From contig CACLFM010000006.1 in the NCBI GenBank assembly GCA_902606115.1, positions 453-64,452 of the forward strand: a stretch of DNA of 64,000 nucleotides. Reading direction: 5' to 3'. A model generated the notes under the pieces. That model worked only from the letters and a program-made list of their open reading frames with translations, was not told the DNA's origin and did no database searches. Numbering within the stretch: the stretch's first letter is position 1; every line of letters begins with the position of its first letter. Of this stretch, positions 1 through 10,807 are shown piece by piece. The translations under genes were made by a program, and so were the position numbers. Source of the DNA: an uncultured Pelagibacteraceae bacterium (GTDB lineage Bacteria > Pseudomonadota > Alphaproteobacteria > Pelagibacterales > Pelagibacteraceae).

Positions 1-173
1 AAATTGTGTCATATGATTATGCTAAAAAATTCTTAATTAGCGATAGGGACGATACTATGTGCATTTCTGCCAACAAAGTTTTGAATGGAGTAAATCAATC
101 AGAGGTATATCTTGCTGAAGCTAATCAAAAAAAAACCAGTCTTTTTAATAAGATTTTTGGATTATTTGATTAA
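1..173 (+). CDS. 3' end of an FtsA-like cell division protein (partial, runs in from window edge)
   Basis: Frame 3 is open from base 3 to TAA at 171-173: IVSYDYAKKFLISDRDDTMCISANKVLNGVNQSEVYLAEANQKKTSLFNKIFGLFD*. The C-terminal amphipathic helix (SLFNKIFGLF) is typical of FtsA, and the gene lies upstream of lpxC as in dcw clusters. Confidence 0.55.
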   Translation, partial: IVSYDYAKKFLISDRDDTMCISANKVLNGVNQSEVYLAEANQKKTSLFNKIFGLFD

Positions 174-239
174 TTAATTGTATTTTTTTGTAATATTACT
201 TGTTTTTTCTTAATAATTGCAAACATTTATAAACATAAT

Positions 240-1160
240 ATGTCAGTATTAAATCAAAAAACTATAAAACATAGTGTGGAATTTAATGGAGTTGGACTGC
301 ACTCAGGAAAAAAAGTTCTTATGACTTTATTCCCAGCCCCACCAAATACTGGAATAATATTTAGAAGATCAGATTTAAAAAACAACAATTTAGTTTATCC
401 AAATGTGTTCAATGTCTCAAGCGCATCTTATTGTACTAAATTAACAAATGAAAACGGTACCAGCGTCTCCACAGTTGAACATCTTATGGCTGCGCTATGT
501 GGATTAGGTATTGACAACCTTTTAGTTGATTTAAATTCCGAAGAGTTACCAATTATGGATGGCTCAGCAAAAAACTTTGTAGAGACTTTAGAAGATGTAG
601 GTTTTAAAATCAGCGACCTACCAATAAGAATTATTAAGATAAATAAAAAAGTTACATACTTGGATGGTGAAAAATTTATTACCTTTGAACCAAATAAAAT
701 AAGTTTAGAAATAGATTTTGAAATTAAATATGAACAAAACTCAATCTTAAATCAAAAAAACAAAAAAAATATTTATATAGACGATTTGGGTGATATGTAT
801 AATTCAAGAACTTTTTGTTTATTTGAAGATGTTGAAAAATTAAAAAAAATAGGATTAGCTAAAGGAGGAAGTTTAGATAACGCAATTGTTTTAAAAGGTA
901 ATGAAATACTAAATTCTGAAAAATTAAGAAACCCCAAGGAATTTGTTAATCATAAAATTTTAGATTGTTTAGGTGATATTTATCTTGCAGGCTATAGAAT
1001 GGTCGGAAAAATTACATCAAGTCAAGGTGGTCACAATGTAACAAATCAAGGTTTAAGAGAATTATTAAGCAATAATGAGAATTTTTCAATTATTGAACTA
1101 AAAGAAAAAAATATACCTAATTCCTTTTTAATTAAGAATCCATTAAAAAATTCAGCATAA
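240..1160 (+). CDS. lpxC: UDP-3-O-acyl-N-acetylglucosamine deacetylase
   Basis: QKTI..GVGLHSG, TVEHLMAAL, ELPIMDGSA, HKILDCLGD motifs. Confidence 0.97.
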   Translation: MSVLNQKTIKHSVEFNGVGLHSGKKVLMTLFPAPPNTGIIFRRSDLKNNNLVYPNVFNVSSASYCTKLTNENGTSVSTVEHLMAALCGLGIDNLLVDLNSEELPIMDGSAKNFVETLEDVGFKISDLPIRIIKINKKVTYLDGEKFITFEPNKISLEIDFEIKYEQNSILNQKNKKNIYIDDLGDMYNSRTFCLFEDVEKLKKIGLAKGGSLDNAIVLKGNEILNSEKLRNPKEFVNHKILDCLGDIYLAGYRMVGKITSSQGGHNVTNQGLRELLSNNENFSIIELKEKNIPNSFLIKNPLKNSA

Positions 1161-1200
1161 ATATTTAAGCTTTATAATTTATCTGTTAATAATCTATCAA

Positions 1201-2031
1201 ATGAAAATTTTAAATAATTTTATTCAATTGATATTAATAGTCTTATTAATTTCTTGCTCAAAAAATGAGAAAGTTTCGATTGTCAAAGAAAAAAATATAG
1301 AAACTCAGATGATAGAGGCTTTTGAGGAGGGTTACTCTGAGTTGGAAGATGGAGATGTGTTATTTGCTGCTAAAAAATTTAATGAAGCTGAGCTGTTGTA
1401 TCCACAGTCTGTGTGGGCGCCAAAAGCTGCATTAATGGCAGCATATGCTTATTATTCTCAAGATTATTATTTTGATGCCGAATATGAATTGAAAAGATTT
1501 ATAAAAGTTTATCCAAATCAAAAAAATATATCTTATGCTCACTATTTATTAGCAATGGTATATTATGAAAAAATTGTTGATGAAAAAAAAGATTTAGAGC
1601 CGTTAATATTAGCTGAGGAAAAATTTAAATTTATTGTAAAAAATTACCCTGATACAGATTTTGCATTAGATTCGAGTTATAAATTGGATTTAATACAAGA
1701 TTATCTTGCGTCAAAAGAAATGTACATTGGTATACATTACATGAAAAAAAAAAAATGGATTGCATCCATTAATCGTTTCAAGAATGTTGTAAATAATTAT
1801 GAAGAAACTTCATTTATAGATGAAGCACTTCATAGGTTGGTTGAACTCTATTATAGACTTGGATTAATAGAAGAGTCCCAAAAATATGCATCATTGCTAG
1901 GGTACAATTATCAATCAAGTGAGTGGTATACGAAGACTTATAAAATTTATAATAGAAATTACAAATCAAAATTAGAAATCAAAAAAGAAAAAGATGGAAT
2001 GTTTAAAAAATTTAAAAAGCTTTTGTATTAA
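1201..2031 (+). CDS. bamD: Outer membrane protein assembly factor BamD (ComL) lipoprotein
   Basis: Lipobox LLISC, TPR-like helices, YP.S.WA and ASINRF motifs, lpxC-bamD-ligA synteny. Confidence 0.93.
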   Translation: MKILNNFIQLILIVLLISCSKNEKVSIVKEKNIETQMIEAFEEGYSELEDGDVLFAAKKFNEAELLYPQSVWAPKAALMAAYAYYSQDYYFDAEYELKRFIKVYPNQKNISYAHYLLAMVYYEKIVDEKKDLEPLILAEEKFKFIVKNYPDTDFALDSSYKLDLIQDYLASKEMYIGIHYMKKKKWIASINRFKNVVNNYEETSFIDEALHRLVELYYRLGLIEESQKYASLLGYNYQSSEWYTKTYKIYNRNYKSKLEIKKEKDGMFKKFKKLLY

Positions 2032-2035
2032 CTAA

Positions 2036-4057
2036 ATGAGCAAATCATTATTGAAGCAATATAAAGAAAAATTAAAATTATTAGATAAATTTGACAAGTA
2101 TTATTACCAAAATCAAAAACCTTTAGTATCTGATAAAGAATATGATCAATTAAAAAGTGAAATTTTAGAACTAGAAAATAAATATGGTTTTAATCACTCG
2201 AAGTCGCCTAATGTTAAAGTTGGATATAAACCTTCAAAAAAGTTTGAGAAATTCAAACATAGAGTTAAAATGCTTTCGTTAACTAATGCTTTTAATAAGG
2301 AGGATTTAATAAACTTCCAAAAAAAAAATATCAATTTTTTAGCATTAAATAAGAATTACGAATTTGAATACAGTGTAGAGCCTAAAATTGATGGTATTTC
2401 TGCCTCTCTAAATTATAAAAATGGCAAATTAACAAAAGGTCTTTCTAGAGGCGATGGTGAGGAAGGTGAAGATATAACTGAAAATTTAAAAACTATTAAG
2501 GATATTCCATTGAATATTTCGCACAAAGATTTTCCTGACGAAATAGATATAAGAGGTGAAGTTTTTATAGAAACTAATGATTTTAAAAAAATTGAAAAAG
2601 ATTTTGCAAATCCAAGAAATGCAGCATCTGGATCACTAAGGCAAAAAGATCCAAAAAAAACTGAATTAATTCCTCTAAAATTTATTGCTTACACTTGCGG
2701 TTTTAATTCAAAAATGAAAGAAAGCAAACAAAGTGATTTTATTAAAAATTTAGATAAGTGGGGTTTTAAAATTTCTGATTTAAATAAAACAATTCAAGGG
2801 ATAAATAATTTGGTAAAGTATCATTCTAATGTAGAAAAAAAAAGATTTACTCTTAACTATGATATTGACGGTATTGTATATAAGGTTAATGAATTTAGCT
2901 TGCAAAAAAGATTAGGTTTTATGGCCACTGCTCCTAGATGGGCTATTGCACATAAATTTTCAGCCAACTATTCAACAACCAAAATTATAGATATCGATAT
3001 CCAGGTTGGAAGAACTGGAGCTTTAACACCAGTAGCAAAAGTGAAGCCAGTTAATATTGGTGGTGTATTGGTTTCTAACGCTACTCTACATAATGAAGAT
3101 GAAATAAATAGAAAGGACATAAGAATTGGCGACACTGTAAAAATTGAAAGAGCTGGAGATGTAATTCCTCATGTAATATCTGTAGATAAAAAATTAAGAA
3201 TGTCAAAATCGCAAAAATATGTATTCCCAAATAATTGTCCCTCTTGTGGGTCAAAAACAATAAAAGAATATAATTCAACAACAAAAAAAATTGATGCAGT
3301 TAGAAGATGTAGTAATGAGGGTTTTGGATGTGAAAAAATTTCAATTGAAAAATTAAAACATTTTGTTTCCAAAGATGCCTTAAATATTGAAGGTTTAGGT
3401 AAAAAAGTTGTTGAAAAATTTTGGGATTTAAAATTTATAAAATTTCCTGATGACATTTTTAATTTAAATTTTAAAAAAATTTCTGAGTTAGATGGATGGG
3501 GACCCCAATCTGTTGAAAATCTTGAAAACTCTATAAATAAATCAAAAAAGCTAAAGCTAGACAAATTTATCTATTCACTTGGCATAAGGCATATAGGACA
3601 AGAAAATGCTAAATTGATATCTGAATTCTTAAAAGATTATTCAAATTTTATTAAGTTAAAAGATGAGCGTAAGATTGAAGAATTATCTAATATAGATGGT
3701 ATTGGAGAAACACAAATTAATTCCTTGAAAATTTTTTTTGAGAACAAAACTAATCTAAATGTGACTATTTCTTTAGGTAGAATTTTAACTTTTGAAAAAA
3801 ATGTTATTAAAAAAAATAAAGGAATATTTTCAAATAAAATATTAATGTTTACTGGCAAGCTTAGCAAGACAAGTAGAGCAGAAGCAAAATCAATTGTTGA
3901 AAATAATGGTGGAAAAATTGTAAGCAATGTATCAAAAAAACTTGATTTCCTGATAGCAGGTGAAAAACCTACCACAAGAAAAATAAAATTAGCTAATCAG
4001 TTAAAAATAAAGATATTAAACCAAACAGATTTTGAAAAAATTTTAAAATTGAGATAA
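2036..4057 (+). CDS. ligA: NAD-dependent DNA ligase
   Basis: EPKIDG adenylation motif, RGDG..GEDIT, NPRNAASGSLRQ, zinc finger CPSCGS, C-terminal BRCT. Confidence 0.98.
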   Translation: MSKSLLKQYKEKLKLLDKFDKYYYQNQKPLVSDKEYDQLKSEILELENKYGFNHSKSPNVKVGYKPSKKFEKFKHRVKMLSLTNAFNKEDLINFQKKNINFLALNKNYEFEYSVEPKIDGISASLNYKNGKLTKGLSRGDGEEGEDITENLKTIKDIPLNISHKDFPDEIDIRGEVFIETNDFKKIEKDFANPRNAASGSLRQKDPKKTELIPLKFIAYTCGFNSKMKESKQSDFIKNLDKWGFKISDLNKTIQGINNLVKYHSNVEKKRFTLNYDIDGIVYKVNEFSLQKRLGFMATAPRWAIAHKFSANYSTTKIIDIDIQVGRTGALTPVAKVKPVNIGGVLVSNATLHNEDEINRKDIRIGDTVKIERAGDVIPHVISVDKKLRMSKSQKYVFPNNCPSCGSKTIKEYNSTTKKIDAVRRCSNEGFGCEKISIEKLKHFVSKDALNIEGLGKKVVEKFWDLKFIKFPDDIFNLNFKKISELDGWGPQSVENLENSINKSKKLKLDKFIYSLGIRHIGQENAKLISEFLKDYSNFIKLKDERKIEELSNIDGIGETQINSLKIFFENKTNLNVTISLGRILTFEKNVIKKNKGIFSNKILMFTGKLSKTSRAEAKSIVENNGGKIVSNVSKKLDFLIAGEKPTTRKIKLANQLKIKILNQTDFEKILKLR

Positions 4058-5734
4058 TAACCAAAATTTTTCTTTATAGTTTAAAAATTTTTCGACATTC
4101 GAGTAAATTTTTAAATTATAATTTAATAAATAATTTTTTTCATTTTTGTTAAGAAGGTTAAAATTAATTAATTCTTTATCTATAGGAACCATAGTTAAAT
4201 TTTCAAAAAAAATTTTACCTTTGATTTGTTTGACATAAATCATATTTTCTATTCTAATACCGAATTTACCTGTCTCATAATAACCAGGTTCGTTACTTAT
4301 TACATGACCCGGTCTAAGCATTATTTTATATCCTTTAGATATTGCTATGGGTCCCTCATGCACATTAAGAAAATATCCTACGCCATGCCCTGTGCCATGA
4401 GGATAATCTAATCCATTCTTTTTAAGGAATTTTCGAGCTAGATTATCTATCAAATGTGCGCTTTTTAATTTGTTTAAATTTGAATTAGCAACAGCGATAT
4501 GACCTTTTAAAACATTTGTAAAAATATTTTTAATCTTATTTGTTTGGTTTCCCAAAACTATAGTTCTTGTAACATCTGTAGTTCCATATTTGTATTGACC
4601 ACCCGAGTCGCATAAAAAAATATCATTCTTTTTTATAATTCTATTAGAAGCTTTATTTGCTTTATAATGGATAATCGCTCCATTTGGTCCAGATGCAGCA
4701 ATCGTGTTAAAGCTTGGAAACAAATAATTTGTATTTTTCCGTCTAAAAAAATTTAGTTTTTTTTCAGCATCTAACTCGGATAGCTTTTTTCTATAATTTT
4801 TAATCCAAAACAAAAACTTGATTACTGCGACCCCATCAAAGATATGTGATTTTATAAAATTTTTTATTTCAATATTATTTTTTATTGATTTCATATTATA
4901 TATAGGATCATTCGATTGTGATATTTTAATTTTATTTTTGAGCATATTTCTGAAAGCTAAAGAACAACTCAATCGATCTAAAATGATCTTTTTACACACA
5001 AAAGCTTTTAAAAAAATATTTATTTTATTTTCATCAATTACCTTTGCTTTTAAAATTTTTTTTTTTATTGATAAATTTTGTATTTTTGATTTGTTTGTAA
5101 ATAAATATATTTCACCATTATCTCTCAAAATCATCCTACAGTTAGGAATTGGACTATATGGATTATCTTTACCCCTTAAATTTAATAACCAGGCGATGTT
5201 TTCTGGCGCCGTAATAAACATGCAGTCTGATTTGTCTTCACGAATAAATCTTAAAACTTTGTTAATCTTAGATTTAGAATTTTCCCCTGCAATGTGATCT
5301 TTTATAAAATAAAATTTATTATTAATTTCTCTTGATTTCTTTTTTCTTATTAAATCTTCGTAAATTGGCACAAGTGTAAAATAATTTTTAAAATATCTTG
5401 CCAAACCTAAACTTGTGAAACAATAAGGATTATAACCTATTTTGATACTATGTTTTAAAACTTTCCATGGTAGTTTTTTGTGAATTTCAACTACATCAAA
5501 GTTTTTACCAGACTGTGATTTAGCTTGTATTGTGTATCTCCCGTCTACAAATAGATAATTTTTTTTTCTCAAAATTATTGCTAGACCAGCAGATCCATTA
5601 AAATTCGATATAAACTTTAGTCTATCAGGTGAAGAATATTCATTAAAATAGCTGTCGTTTTTAGGGACAACGTAGCCATCGATGTTGTAAATATTAAATT
5701 TTCTTCTCAACTCTTTAATTTTATTAGAAATCAT
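4043..5734 (-). CDS. Xaa-Pro aminopeptidase (aminopeptidase P, M24B)
   Basis: DSGGQY..GTTDVTRT, HGTGHGVG..L.VHEGP, SNEPGYY..FGIRIEN. Start placed at ATG 5734, overlapping the uvrD stop (ATGA). Confidence 0.93.
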   Translation of the reverse strand: MISNKIKELRRKFNIYNIDGYVVPKNDSYFNEYSSPDRLKFISNFNGSAGLAIILRKKNYLFVDGRYTIQAKSQSGKNFDVVEIHKKLPWKVLKHSIKIGYNPYCFTSLGLARYFKNYFTLVPIYEDLIRKKKSREINNKFYFIKDHIAGENSKSKINKVLRFIREDKSDCMFITAPENIAWLLNLRGKDNPYSPIPNCRMILRDNGEIYLFTNKSKIQNLSIKKKILKAKVIDENKINIFLKAFVCKKIILDRLSCSLAFRNMLKNKIKISQSNDPIYNMKSIKNNIEIKNFIKSHIFDGVAVIKFLFWIKNYRKKLSELDAEKKLNFFRRKNTNYLFPSFNTIAASGPNGAIIHYKANKASNRIIKKNDIFLCDSGGQYKYGTTDVTRTIVLGNQTNKIKNIFTNVLKGHIAVANSNLNKLKSAHLIDNLARKFLKKNGLDYPHGTGHGVGYFLNVHEGPIAISKGYKIMLRPGHVISNEPGYYETGKFGIRIENMIYVKQIKGKIFFENLTMVPIDKELINFNLLNKNEKNYLLNYNLKIYSNVEKFLNYKEKFWLLSQF

Positions 5735-7764
5735 TTTAGTCGTTTTTGATATCTCAACCATCCAGGGCTTCTATAAACATCTCCATCATTTTCTAAGTCT
5801 TGATTAAAATCAAAAAATTCTTCTTCTTCTCTTTCGTAATTATTAATTTTATTAATATGTTTTTCTGGCAATTCATCAATAAATCTAGATGAAATACTGT
5901 CTATCCAATCTCCTTGATAAAATCTATTAAGTGAAAATGATATAAATACTTCGTGCTTGGCTCTTGTAATTCCAACATATGCAAGTCTTCTTTCCTCTTC
6001 AAGACCCTGTTGTCCCTTTTCGTCAATAGATTTTTGGTGTGGAAATAAACCTTCCTCCCAACCTGGAAGAAAAACTACGTCAAATTCAAGACCTTTAGAA
6101 GCATGCATAGTCATCAAATTAACTTTTTCTCCTTCCCAATCATTATCAATTGATGTCGCGAGAGATACATGTTCTAAAAAACTTTCTAAATTGTCAAATT
6201 CTTTCATTGCACTTAAAAGTTCTTTTATATTTTCTAATCGATTTTCATTTTCTAAATCTTTCTTATTTTTTAACATTAAGGAATATCCAGACTCATCTAA
6301 TATTATCTGGAGTAATTTTATGTGATCGATATTTTTACTAAAATAATCTTTTCTCCATTTCTCTAATAAATTCAAAAAATTAAATAGACCTACTTTTGTT
6401 TTAGGTTTAATCTTATTTAGACTAATTAAGTTTTTTGAGGATTTTTCTAGACTTAAATTATTATTTTTTGCATATTCACTTATTGTTTTAAATGATGTGT
6501 CACCTATAGACCTTTTTGGTACATTAAGTATTCTTTCAAAAGCTAAATCATCCTTGTTTTGATAAACCACCCTAAGGTATGCAATGCAATCTTTAATTTC
6601 TGCACGTTCATAAAATTTAACACCTCCTACTATTCTATAAGGTAAACCGATTTTAAGAAATCTCTCCTCAAATTCTCTTGTTTGGTAAATAGCCCTAACT
6701 AATATAGCAGCATTATTTAATTTATATTTTTTAGAAATCTGATTTTCAAGGATTTTTGAAACACTAATCGCTTCATCTCTTCCGTTCTTAAAACAGTTGA
6801 GGTTAATTAATTCCCCTAAACTCTGATTTGATTTAAGTTCTTTTCCTAATCTGTTTTCATTATTTGAAATGAGCCCCGATGCAACATTAAGAATATTTTG
6901 TGTTGATCTATAATTTTCTTCAAGTCTAATAATTTTTGTATTTTTATAGATTTTATCAAATTCTAAAAAATTTTTTATTTCTGCTCCTCTCCAACTGTAA
7001 ATTGACTGATCATCGTCACCCACACAACAAATATTATCATGGTTTTTTGTTAGAAGTTTTAACCATTTGCTTTGAATTAAATTCGTATCTTGGTACTCAT
7101 CTACTAAAATATACTTAAAATTTTTAGAGTACATTTCATTTATATCTTGGTTTTTCTCCAAAATTGCAACGCAATGTAAAATTAAATCACCAAAATCGCA
7201 AACATTTAAATTAGTGAGTTTTGCTTGATAGATATTGTAAATTTTTAATAAATTTTTTTCAAGATTTTCACTTTTCTTTAAGACAACATCATCAGGATAC
7301 CAACCAAAATTTTTCCATTTATTAATTAAAGCTATTATATAATTCGGGGAAATCTTTTTTATATCTATATTTTCTGATACGCATATTGATTTTATAAGTC
7401 TTAATTGGTCATCCTGATCAATAATTGTAAAGTTTTGATTTAGATTAACTGCCCTTGCATGTCTTCTTAAAATTTTAGCACATATTGAGTGAAAAGTACC
7501 CAGCCACGGTAACCCAACCTGTTTATCATCAAGAATTTTACTAACTCTGTTTTGCATTTCCCGAGCAGCTTTATTTGTAAAAGTTACGGATAATATTTGA
7601 CTAGAAAACGCTTTATTACCTTTTAATATATGAGCTATTCTTGAGGTAAGTACTTTAGTTTTTCCAGATCCAGCTCCAGCAACAATTAAAAGTGGACCCT
7701 TAATATATAAAACAGCTTCTTTTTGAGACTTATTTAAATTATCTAAATATTTAAGGTTTGTCAT
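5731..7764 (-). CDS. uvrD: ATP-dependent DNA helicase UvrD/PcrA
   Basis: AGAGSGKT, TFTNKAA, LVDEYQDTN, VGDDDQSIYSWRGA, TMHASKGLEF, EERRLAYVGITRA. Confidence 0.96.
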   Translation of the reverse strand: MTNLKYLDNLNKSQKEAVLYIKGPLLIVAGAGSGKTKVLTSRIAHILKGNKAFSSQILSVTFTNKAAREMQNRVSKILDDKQVGLPWLGTFHSICAKILRRHARAVNLNQNFTIIDQDDQLRLIKSICVSENIDIKKISPNYIIALINKWKNFGWYPDDVVLKKSENLEKNLLKIYNIYQAKLTNLNVCDFGDLILHCVAILEKNQDINEMYSKNFKYILVDEYQDTNLIQSKWLKLLTKNHDNICCVGDDDQSIYSWRGAEIKNFLEFDKIYKNTKIIRLEENYRSTQNILNVASGLISNNENRLGKELKSNQSLGELINLNCFKNGRDEAISVSKILENQISKKYKLNNAAILVRAIYQTREFEERFLKIGLPYRIVGGVKFYERAEIKDCIAYLRVVYQNKDDLAFERILNVPKRSIGDTSFKTISEYAKNNNLSLEKSSKNLISLNKIKPKTKVGLFNFLNLLEKWRKDYFSKNIDHIKLLQIILDESGYSLMLKNKKDLENENRLENIKELLSAMKEFDNLESFLEHVSLATSIDNDWEGEKVNLMTMHASKGLEFDVVFLPGWEEGLFPHQKSIDEKGQQGLEEERRLAYVGITRAKHEVFISFSLNRFYQGDWIDSISSRFIDELPEKHINKINNYEREEEEFFDFNQDLENDGDVYRSPGWLRYQKRLK

Positions 7765-7805
7765 TTTAATTAATAAATTAAACTAATATAAATCATTAAC
7801 ACATT

Positions 7806-9374
7806 ATGAAAAATTTTAAATTGAAAATAAATTTTTTATCAAGTTTATTAAGGAAAATTAAATTGACCAAAAAAATTGGTAATATTTTCCAAAATTTAAA
7901 ATATAGCCTCAAAATATATAAAAATAAAAAAAAACTTTTTGAATTATTTAACAAATTTAATTTTAAGAAATTTAAAATAAGATATCTAATTTTTTCTTCC
8001 AGTTTATTATTTTTTTACTATCTTATTTATCTATCTTTTCCAGGAATATTACATAATAAATCAGATCAAAACTATCTTACTAAATTACTTAACGAGCAAT
8101 ATAGTTTAGAATTTTCACTTAGTCCTAAAATTAATTATTCAATACTACCGAAACCACATTTTCAAATAAGCAATGTAATTATATTTAATAATAATAATAA
8201 TTTTCAAAAGGAAATTGCTCAGGTAAAAAAAATGAAACTTTATTTAGTGCAAACCAATTTTTTAAAAAAAAGACAGTTAAAAATAAAATCTGTTGAACTT
8301 TTTGAGACAAATTTCTTTATCAATAAATCCGATGTAGCTTACGTGGAAAATTTTTTAAAAAATGGCTTTATAGAAAGACCTATGATTATTAAAAGAGCAA
8401 ATTTATTTTTTCAAGATTTGGACAACGAAACAATATCGTTTTTAAACATTAAAAAAGTTCATATGCAATATAATGATAGAAATAATAATGATGTCTTATT
8501 ATCGGAGGGAGAAATTTTTAATATCCCCTTTAATGTTACATGGAAACAGGATTTAAAGAAATCAGAACAGAGTACAAATATAAAGTTTAAAAAAATCAAT
8601 CTTAATATTTTGAATTCTTCAAGATTTATCAATAAAAAAAGTATAAACAAATTACAGGTCTATTTAAACAGATCTAGATATATTATTAATTATAATTTAA
8701 GTTCAGATAAAATAAATTTTAATTCAGACAACTCCTTTATTGGTAATGATAAACTTATTTATTCCGGCAATATATTTTTTGATCCGTTTAATTTTGACAT
8801 AAAATCCTCTTTAGATAGCTTAAAACTTAAAAAATTATTTTTGAACAGCTCTCTTTTAAAAGAAATTTTATCTAATGATTTTATCTTGAATGAAAATTTC
8901 AACGGTAAAATAAATTTAAATGTTAAAAAATTAGAAAATAATCCATTTTTTGATAACCTTAAAATGAATATAAATTTTAAGGGTCGAACACTGGAATTTA
9001 ATAATTCTACTTTCTTAAATGATAAAATTGCAAATTTAATTGTGAAAAAAGCAATCTTATATGAGGAAAAAAATAATATAATTATTAAGAGTAATGTTGA
9101 TTTTGTTATTAAAGATTTAAATAAGTTTTTTAATAAATTTGTAGTCCCAAAAAAAAATAGACATGATTTTAAGAAAATAAGTTTTGAGATATTAACTAAT
9201 TTAACTACTAACGATCTCAAAATTTTAAATATTACAAATGAAAGTTTTAAAAATAAAGAATTTCCAGAAATCGATGAATTAATTTATGAATTTAATAGTG
9301 GCAGTGTTAAAGTTTCAAATTGGATAGAATTTAAGATATTTGCAAATAAAATAATATCTTATTATGCTGGATGA
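7806..9374 (+). CDS. AsmA-like membrane-anchored envelope protein (hypothetical)
   Basis: Single N-terminal TM segment followed by 'I.YSILPKPHF.I.NV', typical of AsmA-family N-termini. Beta-rich and extremely Asn/Lys-rich; start uncertain. Confidence 0.55.
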   Translation: MKNFKLKINFLSSLLRKIKLTKKIGNIFQNLKYSLKIYKNKKKLFELFNKFNFKKFKIRYLIFSSSLLFFYYLIYLSFPGILHNKSDQNYLTKLLNEQYSLEFSLSPKINYSILPKPHFQISNVIIFNNNNNFQKEIAQVKKMKLYLVQTNFLKKRQLKIKSVELFETNFFINKSDVAYVENFLKNGFIERPMIIKRANLFFQDLDNETISFLNIKKVHMQYNDRNNNDVLLSEGEIFNIPFNVTWKQDLKKSEQSTNIKFKKINLNILNSSRFINKKSINKLQVYLNRSRYIINYNLSSDKINFNSDNSFIGNDKLIYSGNIFFDPFNFDIKSSLDSLKLKKLFLNSSLLKEILSNDFILNENFNGKINLNVKKLENNPFFDNLKMNINFKGRTLEFNNSTFLNDKIANLIVKKAILYEEKNNIIIKSNVDFVIKDLNKFFNKFVVPKKNRHDFKKISFEILTNLTTNDLKILNITNESFKNKEFPEIDELIYEFNSGSVKVSNWIEFKIFANKIISYYAG

Positions 9375-10750
9375 ATCATTTTTTTTGGATCTACAATTTT
9401 GTGATATTCTTTTTCATTCATTAAACCACTTTTAATTACCTCAGCTTTTAGAGTGGTATTGTTCTTTAAAGCTTTTTTTGCGATATTTGCTGCCTTGTCG
9501 TAGCCTATAATTGGTGCCAGTGCAGTTACTAACATTAAAGAATTTTCTAAATCATTTTTGATTTTATTTTCGTTAGCTTTTATGCCTTTTACACAAAATT
9601 TTGCGAAATTTTTTGAGCTGTCAGCAATAAGGTCAATTGACTGTAAAATATTATGAGCAATTAAAGGCTTGAATACATTAAGCTCAAATTGTCCCTGAGA
9701 CCCTGCTATTGTGATACCTGTATGATTACCGATTACCTTAACACATACCATAGTAACTGCTTCTGATTGAGTAGGATTAACTTTACCAGGCATTATAGAA
9801 GAGCCAGGCTCGTTTGTCGGTAAACTTAATTCACCATAACCAGCTCTTGGTCCTGATCCAAGAAATCTAATATCATTTGCGATCTTTAGTAAACAAACTG
9901 CTGTAGTATTTAAAGTCCCAGAAAAATTTACAATTGAGTCATGCGCAGCAAGAGCTGCAAATTTGTTATTAGAAGGCTTAAAATTTAAATTTGCCAATTT
10001 ACTAATTTCTTTACAAATTTTCTTATCAAAGTTTTTCTTTGTGTTTATACCTGTACCTACAGCTGTCCCTCCTTGAGCTAGAAAATGTATTTCTTTGATT
10101 GCAATTTTTATTCTTGTAATACAATCCTGTAGCTGTGATTGATAACCAGAAAACTCTTGCCCAAGTGTCAAGGGAGTTGCATCTTGTAAATGCGTTCTAC
10201 CCACCTTTATTATTTTTTTAAATTTTTTTACTTTTTTCATTAGCTCTTTATTTAAAAGATTTAAACTCGGTAGTAGTTTTCTTTTTGTCTCCAAAGCGAT
10301 TGCTATATGCATGGCTGTTGGAAAAACATCATTTGTAGATTGGGATTTATTTACATGATCATTCGGATGAACAGGTTTTTTTGAACCTAATTTTCCACCC
10401 AAATATTTTATAGCTCTGTTTGCGATAACTTCATTTACATTCATATTAGTTTGAGTACCAGATCCAGTTTGCCAAACTTTTAAAGGAAAATTATTTTGAA
10501 GCTTACCTTTGATGACTTCATTAGATGCCTTTATGATTGCGTTTGCAATTTTTGAATTTATTTGTTTTTCTTTTTTGTGAACTATAGCAGCAGATTTTTT
10601 AATAATTGCAATAGATTTTATCAATACTTTTTGAACATAAATTTCTCCAATATCGAAAAACTTTTTAGATCTCTCTGTTGATGCTCCCCAATATTTATCA
10701 TTTGGGACATTAATTTTTCCAATAGTGTCGTACTCTTTTCTAAATTTCAT
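9362..10750 (-). CDS. fumC: Class II fumarate hydratase
   Basis: GSSIMPGKVNP signature, WQTGSGTQTNMN, GRTHLQDATP. Start moved to MKFRKEYD. Confidence 0.97.
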   Translation of the reverse strand: MKFRKEYDTIGKINVPNDKYWGASTERSKKFFDIGEIYVQKVLIKSIAIIKKSAAIVHKKEKQINSKIANAIIKASNEVIKGKLQNNFPLKVWQTGSGTQTNMNVNEVIANRAIKYLGGKLGSKKPVHPNDHVNKSQSTNDVFPTAMHIAIALETKRKLLPSLNLLNKELMKKVKKFKKIIKVGRTHLQDATPLTLGQEFSGYQSQLQDCITRIKIAIKEIHFLAQGGTAVGTGINTKKNFDKKICKEISKLANLNFKPSNNKFAALAAHDSIVNFSGTLNTTAVCLLKIANDIRFLGSGPRAGYGELSLPTNEPGSSIMPGKVNPTQSEAVTMVCVKVIGNHTGITIAGSQGQFELNVFKPLIAHNILQSIDLIADSSKNFAKFCVKGIKANENKIKNDLENSLMLVTALAPIIGYDKAANIAKKALKNNTTLKAEVIKSGLMNEKEYHKIVDPKKMIHPA

Positions 10751-10807
10751 TTGGATAATAGTATTTATCTTATACATTAAAAATAAAAAGAATCATATAG
10801 GAGAGCT

